Assembly (NCBI RefSeq): GCF_963676685.1
Contig: NC_092352.1
Coordinates: forward strand, 80,972,001-81,036,000
Source: Mytilus edulis
Lineage: Eukaryota
Length of the DNA: 64,000 nt
Reading direction: 5' to 3'
Below, piece by piece: positions 63,930-64,000 of the stretch (positions within the stretch are counted from its first letter, which is position 1; every line of letters starts with the position of its first letter). The position numbers and the translations under genes are program-made. The notes under the pieces were generated by a model. It was not told the DNA's origin and searched no databases. It saw only the letters and a list, made by a program, of their open reading frames with translations.

Positions 63930-64000
63930 TCGTGGTCAAAATATTTGAAATCTAAAGCTTATATAAAAGATGAAGAACTATAATTCCAAAGGTCCAAAAA

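Noticed and set aside
1-64000. tRNA or rRNA genes
   Set aside because: None recognised by eye; a covariance-model scan would be needed to exclude degenerate tRNA-derived SINE heads.

Overview
AT-rich, repeat-dense animal genomic DNA. The repeat and gene families suggest a bivalve mollusc, probably a mussel such as Mytilus (inference, not database-checked). Host genes, all on the minus strand: the first coding exon of a secreted coiled-coil protein (about 1.7-2.0 kb), a single-exon RING-less TRIM-like B-box/coiled-coil/NHL protein (13.0-14.7 kb), and a tandem segmental-duplication array (about 19.5-64 kb) holding four intronless allatostatin-A/galanin-receptor-like GPCR copies, one intact and three disabled. 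The mobile DNA is rich: an intact Crypton-type tyrosine-recombinase element, four sequence-unrelated non-coding elements with the same architecture, a hammerhead-ribozyme (retrozyme-like) tandem array plus solo hammerheads, Penelope-like RT fragments, and hAT, PIF/Harbinger, Kolobok and Ginger-like MITEs. There is also a 2-kb inverted duplication and a locally born 31-bp minisatellite. Most striking observation: all five Crypton-architecture elements carry a roughly 120-140-nt terminal hairpin outside one short inverted repeat, and every hairpin contains tandem GA/GA mismatches on the same strand relative to the element. This suggests a strand-specific folded-ssDNA recombination substrate, conceptually like integron attC sites. 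Second: the hammerhead array ends one base from its own cleavage site. All alignments were done by eye; repeat boundaries may be off by a few bases.
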